Assembly (NCBI GenBank): GCA_040905465.1
Contig: JBBDRK010000077.1
Location: forward strand, 1-15,598
DNA: 15,598 nt
DNA from: Trueperaceae bacterium
GTDB taxonomy: Bacteria; Deinococcota; Deinococci; Deinococcales; Trueperaceae
Direction of reading: 5' to 3'
Made by a program: the position numbers and the translations under genes. Positions 14,416 through 15,598 of this stretch are shown one piece after another; within the stretch, counting starts at the first letter, position 1; every line of letters starts with the position of its first letter. The notes beneath the pieces were generated by a model that saw only the letters and a list, made by a program, of their open reading frames with translations, ran no database searches and was not told the DNA's origin.

Positions 14416-15598
14416 ATGCCGGAGTACGAGCCGCTCCCGTTAGGCGCACTGTGCAACGCCGGAGTCGAGCTCTACGGTCCGGACCGGTTCCGCTCCGGAG
14501 GCACCTACCTGCAGGTGCGACCCGAGCTGCCACCGCTCGGCGAGCAGTCTTTTCACGGCCTGCCCTTCCTCATCGGCCCCGCTGCACAACCGGACGGCGA
14601 ACGCTGCTTCCTGGCCTTCGGTTGCGATAATGAGTCGTATCGCGCGACGGTCCGCATTCCGGTGGGAAAGAGCGCCAGACACGTACTGTTCGCCCACGCC
14701 GTCCTCGAGACCGAGTTGTGGCGCGGCGGCGAGTTGGGCATCGAGGTCGCGCTCTACCGGTTCTGCTTCGCCGACGGTTCCGTCGTCGAGGTACCGATAA
14801 GGGAGCGCTTCGAGATCGGCACCTTCCCGCTGCCGTGGGGTCAATACCCCTTTCTCTGCCTACCCGACCAGAAGGACGCGCTCGAGGACCGCTACCAGGG
14901 GCGCTGGTCCCACTCGGGGTTCAGGCAGACGGAGGTGACCGGAGCCGTGCCCCACGGATACTTCATCTGGTCGTGGCACAACCCCTGCCCCACCGAGACA
15001 CTCACCGCCATCGAAGTGGTGCCGCGGGCCGGCAAGTTCGTCCTGGCGGCGGTGACGCTGGGCCACATCGATGAAACGCCGGTCTTGCGGGACACGGCTC
15101 GACCGGTACAGGTGACCCTCCGGGACGCCGAAGACGCGGCCCGGCCCTTCGACTTGACCGTGGACGTGGACCGCGGAACCGCCAGCTATGCCTACCCCTT
15201 GCCCACCGAACCGCTGGACGTGGCCGCGCCGGAGATGCGCGGCTTCGGGGCGCCGCCGAACCGGTCGAGCAGCCCGGCCTACACCACCATCGCCGCCCTC
15301 CCCTCGGCGACCGTGTCGGTGACTCAGAGCGGCGAGTCGCTCGCCGAGTTCCGCTGGGCCGACCTGGCCGGGGCCGGCAGCCTGGAGACGCCGCGGGTAA
15401 GATTCGACCTGCTGGAGCACGCCAAGAACTGGGTGCGAGTGAGCGTGCTGGACGCCGACACCGGCGAGGCCTTGCCGTGCCGCATAGCTTTCCACTCGCC
15501 GGCGGGCGTTCCTTACCCGCCGCACGGGCATCACGCCCCCATCTTCTCCAACCAGCCCACCTGGAATATCGATATCGGCGGCGACGTGTCCCTCGGAC
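14416..15598 (+). CDS. CehA/McbA-family metallohydrolase (carbamate hydrolase-like), N-terminal 394 aa, runs off the window; absent from ORF track
   Basis: ATG 1 nt after the lacI-2 stop and no stop codon to the window end. My translation MPEYEPLPLGALCNA...GEQSFHGLPF...RHVLFAH...ADGSVVEVPIRERFEI...WHNP...VDRG...WVRVSVLDADTGEALPCRIAFHSPAGVPYPPHGH...DIGGDVSLG follows the motif order I recall for carbaryl hydrolase CehA. The catalytic PHP-like domain would lie beyond the window. Confidence 0.75.
   Translation, partial: MPEYEPLPLGALCNAGVELYGPDRFRSGGTYLQVRPELPPLGEQSFHGLPFLIGPAAQPDGERCFLAFGCDNESYRATVRIPVGKSARHVLFAHAVLETELWRGGELGIEVALYRFCFADGSVVEVPIRERFEIGTFPLPWGQYPFLCLPDQKDALEDRYQGRWSHSGFRQTEVTGAVPHGYFIWSWHNPCPTETLTAIEVVPRAGKFVLAAVTLGHIDETPVLRDTARPVQVTLRDAEDAARPFDLTVDVDRGTASYAYPLPTEPLDVAAPEMRGFGAPPNRSSSPAYTTIAALPSATVSVTQSGESLAEFRWADLAGAGSLETPRVRFDLLEHAKNWVRVSVLDADTGEALPCRIAFHSPAGVPYPPHGHHAPIFSNQPTWNIDIGGDVSLG

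Overview
GC-rich bacterial window with three blocks and no mobile element, RNA gene or CRISPR array. The lineage is possibly Deinococcota/Trueperaceae-like, inferred only from GC content, a non-lipoprotein SBP signal peptide and a near-leaderless lacI. (1) 1-3984: the 3' end of malate synthase A followed by glcDEF (glycolate oxidation). (2) 4097-13088: a divergent, LacI-controlled cluster that looks built to import and degrade a uronic-acid oligosaccharide. The left arm has a 662-aa unknown cytoplasmic enzyme with DUF2264/GH154-like motifs, a LacI and a KdgF-type cupin. The right arm has a sugar ABC SBP, two permeases, an IolB-type isomerase in the slot normally held by KduI, kduD, and a short chimeric eda'-'kdgK remnant that looks like an in-frame deletion scar. 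A candidate operator (TTTAACGTTAAA-like) occurs three times at regulatory positions. (3) 13226-15598: a second LacI with a tandem palindromic operator, followed 1 nt later by a partial CehA/McbA (carbamate hydrolase)-like gene that the ORF track missed. All family assignments come from motif recognition by eye, not from database searches.
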